Positions 35,481 through 46,382 of a DNA stretch of 57,365 bases are shown one piece after another. The stretch comes from Clostridia bacterium (lineage in GTDB: Bacteria; Bacillota; Clostridia; Oscillospirales; CAG-272), in the NCBI GenBank assembly GCA_017440665.1, contig JAFSGU010000073.1, forward strand, positions 1 to 57,365. Reading direction: 5' to 3'. The notes beneath the pieces are model-generated. The model did not search any database. It was given only the letters and a program-made list of their open reading frames with translations, and was not told where the DNA came from. Each line of letters starts with the position of its first letter. The stretch's first letter is position 1. A program made the translations under genes and the position numbers.

Positions 35481-38309
35481 ATGCAGAAAAATATTGTCAT
35501 CCGCGGTGCGCGGGTAAATAATCTTAAAAATATAGACGCTACCATCCCCCGTGATAAGCTTGTCATATTGACCGGTCTGTCGGGATGCGGAAAATCCTCC
35601 CTTGCCTTTGACACTCTCTACGCAGAGGGTCACAGACGGTTCGTGGAAAGCCTTTCCTCATACGCCCGTATGTTCCTCGGTCAGCTTGACAAGCCCGACG
35701 TGGATTCCATTGAAGGGCTCTCCCCCGCTATATCCATCGACCAGAAGACCACTTCAAAAAATCCCCGTTCCACGGTGGGAACGGTTACCGAAATATACGA
35801 CTACCTCCGTCTCCTATACGCAAGACTTGGCGTGCCTCACTGCCCCGTCTGCGGCAAGGAGATAAGACAGATCTCCCCCGATCAGATAATCGACAAGATC
35901 ATGGCTATGCCCGAGGGCACACGCTTTATGATTCTTGCCCCCGTTGTAAGAGGCAAAAAGGGACGCCATGAAAAGGTAATAAATGACGCCCGTAAAAACG
36001 GATACGTCCGTCTCCGCGTTGACGGTGTCATATACGGCGACGGAGAAGAGATCGAGCTTGATAAAAATCTCAAGCATACCGTGGAGATCGTGGTGGACCG
36101 TCTCGTAATGAAGGACGGTATCCGCGGAAGAGTTACCGATTCCGTGGAATGTGCTCTCCGCGAGGCTGAGGGGTACGTGCTGTGTGAGACCGCTCCCCGC
36201 GAGGGAGAGGCGGAAAAGATGAATTTTTCCACCAACTACGCATGCGACGAGCACGGTATCAGCTTCGGTGAGCTTGAACCCCGCATGTTCTCCTTCAACA
36301 ATCCCTTCGGAGCCTGCCCCAAATGCTCGGGTCTCGGCTCTCAGAGAAGCATTTCACCCGACAAGATCATCCCCGACAAGTCCCTCTCCCTATCCGAGGG
36401 AGGTATCGCCGTAAACGGATTCAAGTCCCTGACTGAGGACTCCTGGAACGGTCCTCTTGTAAAAGCTGTGATCGAATCCTACGGTGCCGATCTCAACACC
36501 CCCATTGAAAACTTCTCCAAAGAAGCACTTGACGCGCTTCTTTACGGTACCGACAAAAAGTTTGACGTTGTCCGCTTTTTCGGCGGAGAATCCACAAGGC
36601 AGACTACCGCCAAGTTCGACGGTCTTATCAAAATAATCGAAGAGAGAGCGAGCTGGGGCGGAGATTCCTCTGACTACTACGACCAGTTCTTCCTTGACGT
36701 GGAATGTCCCGAATGTCACGGAATGAGACTTAACCGCGAGGTGCTTTCGGTCACCGTTGGCGGCAAAAACATTTCCGAATACTGTAACATGTCCGTCACC
36801 GATGCGCTTGACTTTACCGAAAGTCTCGCTTTCGAGGGCGGAGAAGCGGTGATCGCCCATGAGATCGTGAAAGAGATAAAGAGCCGTCTTGGCTTCTTAC
36901 GCTCGGTTGGCCTTGAATATCTTACTCTTTCGAGAAAATCAGGCTCTCTGTCAGGCGGTGAGGCACAGCGTATCCGTCTTGCGACCCAGATAGGCTCGTC
37001 CCTCACGGGAGTTTTGTACATCCTTGACGAGCCCTCTATAGGTCTTCATCAGAGAGATAACTCAAAGCTCATTGCCACGCTGAAAAAGCTCCGCGACCTT
37101 GGAAACAGTGTTATAGTTGTAGAGCACGACGAGGAAACCATGCGCGAATCCGACTATATCATCGATATAGGCCCCGGCGCGGGTATACATGGTGGAGAGA
37201 TCGTTGCCGCCGGCACACCTGCTGAGGTTGCCGCAAATGAAAATTCCGTCACGGGAGATTTTCTGTCGGGCAGACGCAAAATTGCCGTACCCGAAACGAG
37301 ACGCTCCGGAAACGGCAAATTCCTCAAAATAGTGGGTGCGGCTGAAAACAACCTCAAAAACGTAAACGTGAAGATTCCCCTCGGTTGCTTCGTATGCGTA
37401 ACGGGCGTTTCCGGTTCGGGAAAGTCCTCACTTATAAATTCAATTCTGCTCAAAAGTCTGTCTGCCACCCTTAATAAAGCAGTAACCAACCCGGGACGGC
37501 ATAAAAAGATCGAGGGAGTAGAGCATCTCGACAAGGTGATCGCCATCGACCAGAGCCCCATCGGACGCACGCCACGTTCAAATCCCGCCACCTACACGGG
37601 TCTTTTCACCGACATACGCGACCTGTTTGCTAAGACGCCCGGCGCGAAGCTACGCGGCTATAAATCGGGACGCTTCAGCTTTAACGTGCGCGGCGGAAGA
37701 TGCGAGGCATGTGAGGGTGACGGCGTAAAGAAGATAGAAATGCACTTTTTGCCCGACGTATACGTCACATGTGACGTATGCCACGGCAAGAGATACAACC
37801 GCGAGACCCTTGACGTTAAGTTCAAGGGTAAGAGCATCGCTGACGTGCTTGAAATGACCTGCGAGGAGGGTGCTGAGTTCTTCTCCGATATTCCCCGTAT
37901 CGCAAACCGTCTTCGTATGCTTTGCGACGTAGGACTTGGGTACATCAAGATAGGACAGTCATCCACCACTCTTTCGGGAGGTGAGGCTCAGAGAGTTAAG
38001 CTTGCGACCGAGCTTTCCAAGCGTCCCACGGGAAGGACAGTCTACATCCTTGACGAGCCTACCACGGGTCTGCACACTGCCGACGTTGAAAGACTTATCA
38101 CCGTGCTCAACCGTCTTATCGAAAGCGGAAATTCCGTTATTGTCATCGAGCACAATCTTGACATGATAAAGACCGCCGATCATATTATAGACCTTGGTCC
38201 CGAGGGAGGCGACGGCGGAGGAACACTTGTTGCTCAGGGTACACCGGAAGAGGTCGCAAAGGTAGAAAAGTCGTACACGGGCAAATACCTCAAAGAATTG
38301 CTTGGGTAA
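35481..38309 (+). CDS. uvrA: excinuclease ABC subunit A
   Basis: Two ABC modules ([18 protein letters not shown]), zinc-finger Cys clusters, LSGGEAQR signatures twice. GGAG RBS. Confidence 0.95.
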   Translation: MQKNIVIRGARVNNLKNIDATIPRDKLVILTGLSGCGKSSLAFDTLYAEGHRRFVESLSSYARMFLGQLDKPDVDSIEGLSPAISIDQKTTSKNPRSTVGTVTEIYDYLRLLYARLGVPHCPVCGKEIRQISPDQIIDKIMAMPEGTRFMILAPVVRGKKGRHEKVINDARKNGYVRLRVDGVIYGDGEEIELDKNLKHTVEIVVDRLVMKDGIRGRVTDSVECALREAEGYVLCETAPREGEAEKMNFSTNYACDEHGISFGELEPRMFSFNNPFGACPKCSGLGSQRSISPDKIIPDKSLSLSEGGIAVNGFKSLTEDSWNGPLVKAVIESYGADLNTPIENFSKEALDALLYGTDKKFDVVRFFGGESTRQTTAKFDGLIKIIEERASWGGDSSDYYDQFFLDVECPECHGMRLNREVLSVTVGGKNISEYCNMSVTDALDFTESLAFEGGEAVIAHEIVKEIKSRLGFLRSVGLEYLTLSRKSGSLSGGEAQRIRLATQIGSSLTGVLYILDEPSIGLHQRDNSKLIATLKKLRDLGNSVIVVEHDEETMRESDYIIDIGPGAGIHGGEIVAAGTPAEVAANENSVTGDFLSGRRKIAVPETRRSGNGKFLKIVGAAENNLKNVNVKIPLGCFVCVTGVSGSGKSSLINSILLKSLSATLNKAVTNPGRHKKIEGVEHLDKVIAIDQSPIGRTPRSNPATYTGLFTDIRDLFAKTPGAKLRGYKSGRFSFNVRGGRCEACEGDGVKKIEMHFLPDVYVTCDVCHGKRYNRETLDVKFKGKSIADVLEMTCEEGAEFFSDIPRIANRLRMLCDVGLGYIKIGQSSTTLSGGEAQRVKLATELSKRPTGRTVYILDEPTTGLHTADVERLITVLNRLIESGNSVIVIEHNLDMIKTADHIIDLGPEGGDGGGTLVAQGTPEEVAKVEKSYTGKYLKELLG

Positions 38310-38324
38310 CGTTGGAGGTTTAAA

Positions 38325-39077
38325 GTGGAACTTGTATTATTGACAGCCCTGGGCGTTGGCGGTGCCACGCTGTTCGGCGTTATCATCGGATTCCTTTTCA
38401 AAAACATTTCACACCGCTTTTCAGACATAACCCTTGCCTTTGCGGCGGGGGTCATGCTGGCGGCGGCTGTACTTGGACTTATCGTTCCCTCCGTTGAATA
38501 CGGGGGAAGATACGGAGTGATCGTCACCGTTGCAGGCATCTTTACAGGTGCGGCGGCGCTCCATCTTATCGATAAGCTTGTCCCCCATCTTCACAAATTT
38601 GTGGGAACGTCCCCCGAGGGCGAAGGCGGCGAAAAACTGAACCGTGTTCTGCTTTTCGTCCTCGCCATCGCCATACATAATCTCCCCGAGGGTATTGCGG
38701 CAGGTGTAGGCTTCGGCTCGGGAGACACCTCTCAGGCTCTACTCATCGCGGGCGGTATTGCATTGCAGAACATCCCCGAGGGTATGGTAATAATCGCACC
38801 CATGCTTGCGGCGGGAATAAAGCCCCGTACCACCTTCCTCTGCGCTGCCCTTACGGGCGCCGTTGAGATAGTAGGTACCCTTCTCGGATACTTTGCCGTC
38901 AGCATCTCTCAGGCAATCCTTCCCTTTGCTCTCGCTTTTGCGGGAGGTACGATGCTGTACGTGGTCAGCGACGAGATGATCCCCGAAACTCACGCACACG
39001 GATGCGAAAGGGGTGCCACGTGGTCGCTGCTCGTCGGCTTCTGCGTGATGCTCGTCACAGACGTTCTGCTGGGATGA
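38325..39077 (+). CDS. ZIP-family metal transporter
   Basis: HNLPEGIA and NIPEGM motifs, about 8 TM segments. GTG start after GGAGG. Confidence 0.85.
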   Translation: MELVLLTALGVGGATLFGVIIGFLFKNISHRFSDITLAFAAGVMLAAAVLGLIVPSVEYGGRYGVIVTVAGIFTGAAALHLIDKLVPHLHKFVGTSPEGEGGEKLNRVLLFVLAIAIHNLPEGIAAGVGFGSGDTSQALLIAGGIALQNIPEGMVIIAPMLAAGIKPRTTFLCAALTGAVEIVGTLLGYFAVSISQAILPFALAFAGGTMLYVVSDEMIPETHAHGCERGATWSLLVGFCVMLVTDVLLG

Positions 39078-39083
39078 GAAAGA

Positions 39084-39127
39084 AAAAAGCTATAGCGTGC
39101 CGGGCACGCTATAGCTTTTTATTTTAT
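39084..39127. terminator. bidirectional intrinsic terminator
   Basis: aaaaagctatagcgtgcc-gg-gcacgctatagcttttt with flanking A- and T-runs. Confidence 0.8.
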
Positions 39128-39137
39128 ACCGCAAATA

Positions 39138-40511
39138 TTAGTATCCGTACTGCATAATACCGTAGAGCTGTGAGCCGATCTCGGAATTCACGAAATCCTC
39201 AATAAGAGCATAGAAATCATCCTCGTCCATATCGGTGATATCCTTATATTCAGGCATATCTTCAACGTTGACCTCCGCACCGGTATTGATAGAGTAAGAG
39301 AATTTAACGTCAACGTCATCGTTGTTTACGATGATCTTATCAAGGCTGACAGCAAACTTTTCGTCGCTTACCTCAAGAGTTCCGCTTGTCGAAAATACTG
39401 CACTGCCGTCGGAAACAACTTCGATTTCAAGAGTCTTATCCTTAACGTCATAATTCAGAGATGCACCGCTTGTACGCTCTCCGTTTTCGTCGGTCGCCTT
39501 AACGTCAAAGCAGATGTCAACGCTTTGAGTCGTTGCCTCTTCCTTCAGTGTTGCGATAACCTTTTCATCGTCTGCATTACCGGAAAGAGTGATGTTAAGA
39601 GGATTTGCAAGGTCTGCGCTGTAGTCAACGGTGATCTTATCTTCACCTGATGTCATAACGCTCTTGTAGATAGCACCGCTCTTCTTTGCTATGTAGAATT
39701 TTAAGCTTATATCGTCGATATCGTCATAATCGGTCGTATCTGAAAAGTCAACATCGGGCATGATATCTTCAAGTTCTGCCTTGAGCGTATCCATAAAGTC
39801 ATCGATAATATCTTTAACTTCATCCTTTGTAAGCTTGTACTCAACGCTGATACAGTCAACGTCGCCTACACTTTCTTCACTTACAACCGGAGTTATATCT
39901 TCAATAGTCTTCTTCACGTCATCGGCGTACTTGTCAAGCTTCTCGCCGTCAATGTTATTCTGCAGATTCCCCATAAGCTCATCTACAGACATATCAAAAG
40001 AATCTTCAACAAGATCTTTTATAGCATCCCGGAAATCCTCAAATGTAAATTCATCGTTGAACATGGGAGATTCCTTTACGTCATCCTTAAACGTGGAAAG
40101 GTTTACTCCGTACTTGTCGTTACCGAGAAGCTCGGGAAGGCTGATCGCAAGCTTTTCTCCGTCGCTCCAAACCTTAAGGTTTGCATCGATCTCGGATACA
40201 GAAATCTTTATGTCAGCAGCATAGTTTTCCTCTGCGTCAACGTCCATACCGATCTCAGCATCTCCCAGATCCTTCATGGAAAACGTCAGCTTCTGTCTGC
40301 TTGCCTCGGTATCTACTTCGTCAAACGCGTCAAAGAATTTGCCGTACTTTCCGTCGATAGCATCCGCGTATTTTTCAAATGCAGTCTCAACGGCAGCTAA
40401 CGGGTCTTCAGTTACGTCATCTACGGAAATACCCTTTCCGCATGAGGTAACTGCGAAGAGGCAAAGCACGAGTGCGATGCCGACAGCTAATAGTTTAAAA
40501 TAGTTTTTCAT
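39138..40511 (-). CDS. acidic lipoprotein, function unknown
   Basis: Signal peptide ending LFAVTSCGKG (lipobox-like Cys). Very Asp/Glu-rich mature part. Confidence 0.6.
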   Translation of the reverse strand: MKNYFKLLAVGIALVLCLFAVTSCGKGISVDDVTEDPLAAVETAFEKYADAIDGKYGKFFDAFDEVDTEASRQKLTFSMKDLGDAEIGMDVDAEENYAADIKISVSEIDANLKVWSDGEKLAISLPELLGNDKYGVNLSTFKDDVKESPMFNDEFTFEDFRDAIKDLVEDSFDMSVDELMGNLQNNIDGEKLDKYADDVKKTIEDITPVVSEESVGDVDCISVEYKLTKDEVKDIIDDFMDTLKAELEDIMPDVDFSDTTDYDDIDDISLKFYIAKKSGAIYKSVMTSGEDKITVDYSADLANPLNITLSGNADDEKVIATLKEEATTQSVDICFDVKATDENGERTSGASLNYDVKDKTLEIEVVSDGSAVFSTSGTLEVSDEKFAVSLDKIIVNNDDVDVKFSYSINTGAEVNVEDMPEYKDITDMDEDDFYALIEDFVNSEIGSQLYGIMQYGY

Positions 40512-40543
40512 TGTGTCTTTTCTCCTTTTTATATATTTTTTTA

Positions 40544-41086
40544 TTATAATCTAATCTCAAAATCGGGCTCGTACTTGCCGCCCGAATATGCGTACACTGC
40601 CTTATTTGGGAAAACTCCCGTATATACCAGATACACAGTCTCACCGCATTCGGTCTCGTCGTAGATCCTGTCGGCTATGGCTTTTGAATCGTACTTCCCT
40701 GCGGCGGAAAAATACACTTCTTTATAAGTTTGCATTGAAATTCCGCCATGTCTTCGTCTTCTGCGGTATTTTGTCACCGTCTCCTTGCGGTACATCACGT
40801 CACGAACAACGTAAAGCTGTCCGTTCTTTGCCCTGTTCACGCAGAGATAGGAAATGACCGTACTATATCCGAGAAGAGCCTCAATCAAAACGGTCAAAGC
40901 GATAATGACACCGATAACTGCCATCAGCGGGACGAATTTGCTAAAAGCGGCGAGAGCCAGAAAGAAAAACTCCATAAAAATCACCACCGCTAATGCGACA
41001 ACAAAAACGATACCGGACTTATAACCTTGCTCGCTAACCTCAATAACGTCAGCGCATACCTTTTGAAACGTCAGTTTTTCTTTCAT
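40544..41086 (-). CDS. hypothetical membrane protein
   Basis: Two central hydrophobic helices. Start chosen at MKEKLTF. Confidence 0.5.
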   Translation of the reverse strand: MKEKLTFQKVCADVIEVSEQGYKSGIVFVVALAVVIFMEFFFLALAAFSKFVPLMAVIGVIIALTVLIEALLGYSTVISYLCVNRAKNGQLYVVRDVMYRKETVTKYRRRRRHGGISMQTYKEVYFSAAGKYDSKAIADRIYDETECGETVYLVYTGVFPNKAVYAYSGGKYEPDFEIRL

Positions 41087-41424
41087 ACCGCACCTCCGCG
41101 ACTGCAGCAACATTTGTCAATATAGACAAAACCCGAACATTTTTGCCACTTTAACTCATTATATCACATGAAATTACATTTTTCAAGTGGAATATTGGGG
41201 ACGAATGAGGAAATGTTGTTTAACCATTTAATACGTTTCTTTACTTGTTTAACTGTTCATAGTACCTTTTTCGCGGATTTTCATGAATATAGCGTACGTT
41301 TCTTTCGTAATCAACTTTATCCCGTATGATATGTTCATAATATCCCCTCTGAAAAATATTCCTTCCAATTTCTTTATTACAAAAACGTTTGAACGTTGAA
41401 ATAACATGCGGTAACATTTCATTT

Positions 41425-41450
41425 GTAGGGGTCGGCGCCCTCGACGACCC
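41425..41450 (+). repeat. REP-like hairpin inside the RAYT pseudogene: GTAG + 9-bp stem (one mismatch) + CCCT loop
   Basis: gtag-gggtcggcg-ccct-cgacgaccc. Confidence 0.6.
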
Positions 41451-41606
41451 ATCACTGTGTTTCGCATATTTTTCCGGTTCAAGAATAATTATTGCATGTA
41501 TATGATCGGCATTATTACATAGCGGTCAATGATTACGCCGGATATGTTCTCACTTGATAATAAATATTTCTCAATAAATTCACCGCACGAAGACAACCTT
41601 ACTTGC

Positions 41607-41632
41607 GGGGCGTCGAGGGCGCCGCCCCCTAC
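41607..41632 (-). repeat. REP-like hairpin inside the RAYT pseudogene, inverted copy
   Basis: Plus strand ggggcgtcg-aggg-cgccgcccc-ctac encodes VGGGALDAP (codons 47-55 of the pseudogene). Confidence 0.6.
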
Positions 41633-41828
41633 GGGATAAATTATTCTCGAAAGAATCTGTTTCCTGTCCTTAATACATATAGTAACAAAGTATGCCCCGC
41701 CTCTACTATAATTGTATTCTTTTACCCGCAGTTCTTTTCTTCTTGACCTTTTATTTTCTTCATTCATCACAGTTCTCTTATATACGTTTCACCCCCGATC
41801 TGTAACAGACCGAGGGTGAAAATAATAT

Positions 41829-44210
41829 TTACAGCTTCATGCTGATGCCGTCTGCGGCAAGCTTTGCAACGATGGAATCGCTGACAGCCTGTACCTCTTC
41901 ACGTGTAAGGGTACGGTCGTCGCAGGAGAAGGTTATTCTTACTGTGATGGAGTTACCCTCCTCGCCTGCGTAAAGGTCAACTACGCCCACCTTCTTGATA
42001 AGGGGTGAGTTTTCGGAAGCGATAGCCGCCTTGATGGGAGCGTAAGAATCGGAAAGGAACGTAAGGTCTACCTCCATACCCGGATACTTGGACGCCTCCT
42101 CATAGTGGATGCCCGCGTCTGCGATCTCGCTGATAAGAGCTACGTCAAGCTCAGCGTAAACGATAGACGCCTTCTTGTCGATCTTCTTGGAAACAGCGGG
42201 ATGAACGATACCGATCTCACCGAGAGCTACGCCGTCGCAGATAACTGCGTTAAGGTTCTTCGGATGCTGGTAATCATGGGCAGCCTCGATGGGAGCGAAA
42301 GTGATCTCGCGGTGTCTCATCTCGTCGATGGCAACGGCGATCATGTCTCTCAGGCGGAAGTAAAGCTCCTTGACGGATGCAGTCTTGCTGAAGAGAGTGA
42401 TAGCAAGCTTCTTGCGCTCGTCGCAAAGTCCGTCTGCCTTAAGGCCGTTTACAACGCGTCCGATCTCGAAAATACCGAACTCGGGAGCGTATCCTGTGTT
42501 CACCTTAACCTGGCAAAGCTGGGTGGGAACGATGGAACGGCGGAGAGTTTCAAGGTTGGGGTTGGTCGCGTTAAGGATCTTTACGTTGTCCTCAACCTCC
42601 ATGCCAAGCTTCTTGTAATCGTCGTGGTATGCCCAAAGGTAGGAATGTACCTCGTGGAGAGAGAAGCGCTTAACGAGAATGTCCTTGAGATCGTTCTCTG
42701 CGCTCTTCTCTACGCCCATACGCACGGGGTAAAGGGGAGACTTTGCTGTGTGGGGAACGAAATTGTCGTATCCGTAGATACGGGTGATCTCTTCGATAAG
42801 GTCAGCCTTCAAGGTAACGTCCTTGGTAGCGCGCCATGAGGGAACGGTCACCGTGAATTTATCGTCCTCGCGGATAACGTCAAAGCCGAGAGCCTTCAGC
42901 GTGGTCTCGATGTGCTCGCAGGTGATAGCGTCGCCGATACCTGTGTAGCGGTCAACGTAAGCCTTGTCAATGGTAAGTGTCTTGCGCTCGTAGGTTCTGC
43001 GGAAATCGTCTGTAAGGCGGGAGATAACCTTTGCACCGCTGTCGATATCTGTAAGAAGCTTAACGAAGCGGGCGATGGCAACGGGTGTCATCTCGGGATC
43101 AAGAGTCTTTTCGTAGCGCTGAGAAGCGTCGGTACGGTGAGCCATTCTTGACGCGGACTTACGGATGGAAACGGGATCGAAGCAAGCTGATTCGAGAGTG
43201 AGAGACGTGGTGTCATCCACGATCTCGGAGTCAAGACCGCCCATGATACCTGCGATAGCCACAGGCTCGTCACCGTTGCAGATCATAAGAGTATTGGAGT
43301 CAATTGCTCTGTCAACACCGTCGAGTGTGCGGAAGGTAAAGGGATCTGCAAACTTCTTGATGCGGATAGCTTCAACCTTGCGTGAGTCGAACGCATGCAT
43401 AGGCTGACCCATCTCAAGCATGAGATAGTTGGTCATGTCAGCAAGGAAGTTGATAGCGCGCATACCGCAGTAGAACAGACGGATACGCATATTAACAGGG
43501 CTGACGTTTACGGACACGTTGTCAAACTTGAGACCTGAGTAACGGAGGCAGTCGTCGTCCTCGATCTTGATGTCGAGTTTGGGAAGGCTGTCGTATACTG
43601 AAAGGTCTACAGTTTCAAGCTTTTTAAGAGGTCTGCCGGAGAGAGCCGCAAACTCGCGGGCGATACCGTAGTGACCCCAAAGGTCGGGACGGTTTGTGAG
43701 GGACTTGTTGTCAACCTCGAACACGATATCGTCGATCTCGAAAACGTCCTTGATGTCCGTGCCGTTTGCAAGAGCAGGGTCAAGGTCCATAATACCTGAA
43801 TTGTCATCGCTGATGCCGATCTCCTTTTCGGAGCAGCACATACCGAAGGACTCAAAGCCTGCTACGGGGCGGGGCGCAATGTTGATCTCTCCGAGGCGTG
43901 CGCCAACCTTGGCAAAGGCTGTCTTCATACCAACGCGTACGTTGGGAGCGCCGCAGACTACGTCAACGAGCTGAGGCTCGCCATCTTTAACGTCACCTGC
44001 GTCAACCTTGAGAAGGTGAAGCTTCTTGGAATTCGGATGGTTTTCAATAGACTTGATCTCAGCAACAACTACGCCGCAAAGATCGCTGCCCTTGTAGAAA
44101 ATTTCGTTTTCAACCTCTGCAGTAGACAGAGAGAACTGATGTATAAGCTTGTTAAGATCAAGACCTGAGAGATCCACGAAATCTCTGATCCAATTCATTG
44201 AAATATACAT
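41829..44210 (-). CDS. pheT: phenylalanine--tRNA ligase beta subunit
   Basis: Full-length PheT-like ORF directly downstream of pheS. Confidence 0.95.
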   Translation of the reverse strand: MYISMNWIRDFVDLSGLDLNKLIHQFSLSTAEVENEIFYKGSDLCGVVVAEIKSIENHPNSKKLHLLKVDAGDVKDGEPQLVDVVCGAPNVRVGMKTAFAKVGARLGEINIAPRPVAGFESFGMCCSEKEIGISDDNSGIMDLDPALANGTDIKDVFEIDDIVFEVDNKSLTNRPDLWGHYGIAREFAALSGRPLKKLETVDLSVYDSLPKLDIKIEDDDCLRYSGLKFDNVSVNVSPVNMRIRLFYCGMRAINFLADMTNYLMLEMGQPMHAFDSRKVEAIRIKKFADPFTFRTLDGVDRAIDSNTLMICNGDEPVAIAGIMGGLDSEIVDDTTSLTLESACFDPVSIRKSASRMAHRTDASQRYEKTLDPEMTPVAIARFVKLLTDIDSGAKVISRLTDDFRRTYERKTLTIDKAYVDRYTGIGDAITCEHIETTLKALGFDVIREDDKFTVTVPSWRATKDVTLKADLIEEITRIYGYDNFVPHTAKSPLYPVRMGVEKSAENDLKDILVKRFSLHEVHSYLWAYHDDYKKLGMEVEDNVKILNATNPNLETLRRSIVPTQLCQVKVNTGYAPEFGIFEIGRVVNGLKADGLCDERKKLAITLFSKTASVKELYFRLRDMIAVAIDEMRHREITFAPIEAAHDYQHPKNLNAVICDGVALGEIGIVHPAVSKKIDKKASIVYAELDVALISEIADAGIHYEEASKYPGMEVDLTFLSDSYAPIKAAIASENSPLIKKVGVVDLYAGEEGNSITVRITFSCDDRTLTREEVQAVSDSIVAKLAADGISMKL

Positions 44211-44228
44211 TGTATCACACCTCTTTCA

Positions 44229-45284
44229 TTACTTGTCATCGGTGAACTGGCTCATAGCAGTCAGCGCACCGCTGTTAAGGTCACGGATATCCTTTACGCC
44301 GTACTTCATCATCGCAAGTCTTGTAAGACCGAGACCGAAAGCAAAGCCTGTGTACTCATCGGGGTCGATACCGCCCTCACGGAGTACGTTGGGGTGGATC
44401 ATACCGCAGGGACAAAGCTCAAGCCAGCCGCTGTGCTTACATGAGGGGCATCCCTCACCGCCGCAGATCTGACAGCTGATGTCAAGCTCAAAGCCGGGCT
44501 CCACGAAGGGGAAGAAGCCGGGACGGAGACGAACCTTCAGACCGTAGTTGTCGAAAACCTCGCTGAGCATGGTCTTCATAGAGTATATAAGGTTGGCAAT
44601 AGAGATATCCTTGCCCACCATAACGCCTTCCATTTGGAAGAATGTGTTCTCGTGGCACGCGTCGGTAGCCTCGTTACGGAAACAACGGCCGGGGAATACA
44701 GCCTTGATGGTCTTACCCTCGTTTATGAGCGCGTCGCGGTACTTCTTGTAGATAGCGTTCTGCGCCGCAGAGGTCTGAGTCTTAAGAAGCTGACCGTTGT
44801 CAAGGTAGTAGGTATCCTGCATATCTCTTGCGGGATGGAAGGGAGGGATGTTAAGAGACTCGAAGCACTCGTAGTCCGTAACGATCTCGCTGTAGTCCTC
44901 AACAGCGAAGCCCATAGTGCGGAAGACCTCCTCGCATCTTCTCTGTACGAGAGTTACGGGGTGGTATGAGCCGCGGTCAAGCACTGGAGGAAGAGAGATG
45001 TCGAAAAGCTCAACAGCGTCGAGCTCGCGCTGAAGCTCAGCCTTCTGCAAAGCCTCAAACTTTTCTGCGATAGCGTCAGTCGCGTATCCCTTAAGGGTGT
45101 TTACTTCGCTTCCGAAGGTCTTCTTCTCTTCGGGAGAAAGCTTACCCATGTTCTTAAGGAGAGCCGTAATAAGACCCTTCTTACCAAGATATTCAACCTT
45201 CAGAGTCTCAAGATCTGCAAGTGTCGAAACTGCAAGAAGAGCGTCATTGAACTGCTCTCTCAGGTTGCAAATTGATTCGTTCAT
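44229..45284 (-). CDS. pheS: phenylalanine--tRNA ligase alpha subunit
   Basis: Class II aaRS motifs (FPGRCFRNE, GFAFGLGLTRLAM). GGAGAA RBS before MNESICN. Confidence 0.95.
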   Translation of the reverse strand: MNESICNLREQFNDALLAVSTLADLETLKVEYLGKKGLITALLKNMGKLSPEEKKTFGSEVNTLKGYATDAIAEKFEALQKAELQRELDAVELFDISLPPVLDRGSYHPVTLVQRRCEEVFRTMGFAVEDYSEIVTDYECFESLNIPPFHPARDMQDTYYLDNGQLLKTQTSAAQNAIYKKYRDALINEGKTIKAVFPGRCFRNEATDACHENTFFQMEGVMVGKDISIANLIYSMKTMLSEVFDNYGLKVRLRPGFFPFVEPGFELDISCQICGGEGCPSCKHSGWLELCPCGMIHPNVLREGGIDPDEYTGFAFGLGLTRLAMMKYGVKDIRDLNSGALTAMSQFTDDK

Positions 45285-45342
45285 GATATTCTCCAATCTG
45301 CCTTGGGAGGCACAATTAATTACTTTTTTGCCGTGTGGTAAA

Positions 45343-45585
45343 ACAAAAAAATTCCGTCTCAAAACATGAGACGGAATGCTCCGCGGTACCACTCAATTTG
45401 CGGCATACGCCGCCACTCGGTCATGCTTTAATGCAGCATCTACATTCTGCAGTGCAGAAAAACTCACGGGGTGAAATTCCGTATGCGTGTCCCCGCGGTC
45501 TCTCACCAAACGACCGCTCTCTGAGGCAGGAGCAACGCCACGTACTGTGCCGCACGGCACCCGATCAACGTTTACTTTATATATA
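45343..45585 (-). promoter_or_regulatory. T-box riboswitch leader (Phe, UUC specifier) with terminator
   Basis: Minus strand has AATTGAGTGGTACCGCGGAG (T-box, 45381-45399). Terminator attccgtctc...gagacggaat + T7 lies at 45343-45377. Stem I has AGAGA and GGTGAGA elements, and the specifier loop GGAATTTCAC places TTC at 45473-45475. Confidence 0.85.
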
Positions 45586-45594
45586 ACAAAACTT

Positions 45595-45623
45595 ATTATA
45601 GCATAACTTTTCCGATAAATCAA
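45595..45623 (-). promoter_or_regulatory. sigma-A-type promoter candidate for the pheST T-box leader
   Basis: Minus strand: TTGATT, 17-nt spacer, TATAAT. Confidence 0.6.
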
Positions 45624-45667
45624 GGGAAAAATCAAATTTATTGGGCAGTCATACGACAAAACAAACG

Positions 45668-46351
45668 TTACTTGCCGTTTTCCAATGCGTGTACGTTATA
45701 ATACACAGCAGTCGTTTTTTCATCAATATCTGCATCAACGTGCCAATGCCCGAAGTACCAGTGTCTGTACTCCGCGCTGTACATGACCCATTCAAGAAAC
45801 CCCGTCAGCTCTGCGTCGTGTACGTTGGGAAATTCCCCCATTCTCCGTATTATCTCCGACGGCGCCGTGTGGCTTATGATTACGTCCACCTTATTATCTC
45901 TCGCCTTTAAGTTCTCTGCCGCCGTGCGATATTCCTCATCACACGGGATCTCTTCCCTCCAATAGGAATATCCCAGCTGTCTCATATATCTGTCAATGCT
46001 GTAAGCTCCACCCATTGCAAATACGCTCTTACCGTCGACGTCAAACACCTGTCCTCGTATCAGGTGATAAATGTTTTTCCTTATTCTATGGACTTTTCCA
46101 CCGTTCCACTCCTCTTCTGGATAAGAATAAAGCGCGTTGAAATTTTCGTGATTTCCGTCACAAAAGCAAATGGTGTACGGCTTTGTCTCAAGATAATCAA
46201 GCACTTTTTTCTCGGTTTCATCGTTCAAAAACACAAACCCGAAGTCACCGCAAATAATGAGGTGATCTCTATCCGTCCATTCCCCGTCACACATATTATG
46301 TTCCAGAAATCTCGCCACCTCGCCGTGGGTATCCCCCGTCACGTATATCAT
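45668..46351 (-). CDS. metallophosphoesterase (calcineurin-like)
   Basis: GDTHG, GDFGF and GNHEN motifs. Confidence 0.8.
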   Translation of the reverse strand: MIYVTGDTHGEVARFLEHNMCDGEWTDRDHLIICGDFGFVFLNDETEKKVLDYLETKPYTICFCDGNHENFNALYSYPEEEWNGGKVHRIRKNIYHLIRGQVFDVDGKSVFAMGGAYSIDRYMRQLGYSYWREEIPCDEEYRTAAENLKARDNKVDVIISHTAPSEIIRRMGEFPNVHDAELTGFLEWVMYSAEYRHWYFGHWHVDADIDEKTTAVYYNVHALENGK

Positions 46352-46382
46352 AATTTATCACCGCCTCTGCATATTATCCGAG

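Larger units (their letters stand above)
41241..41770 (-). pseudogene. RAYT/IS200-like transposase gene disrupted by a 1-nt frameshift in the HUH motif
   Basis: The N-part frame ends VIMPIIYMQ*. Shifting one base at about 41506 restores VIMPDHIHAIIILEPEK...FQRGYYEHIIRDKVDYERNVRYIHENPRKRYY, ending at 41241. Confidence 0.75.
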
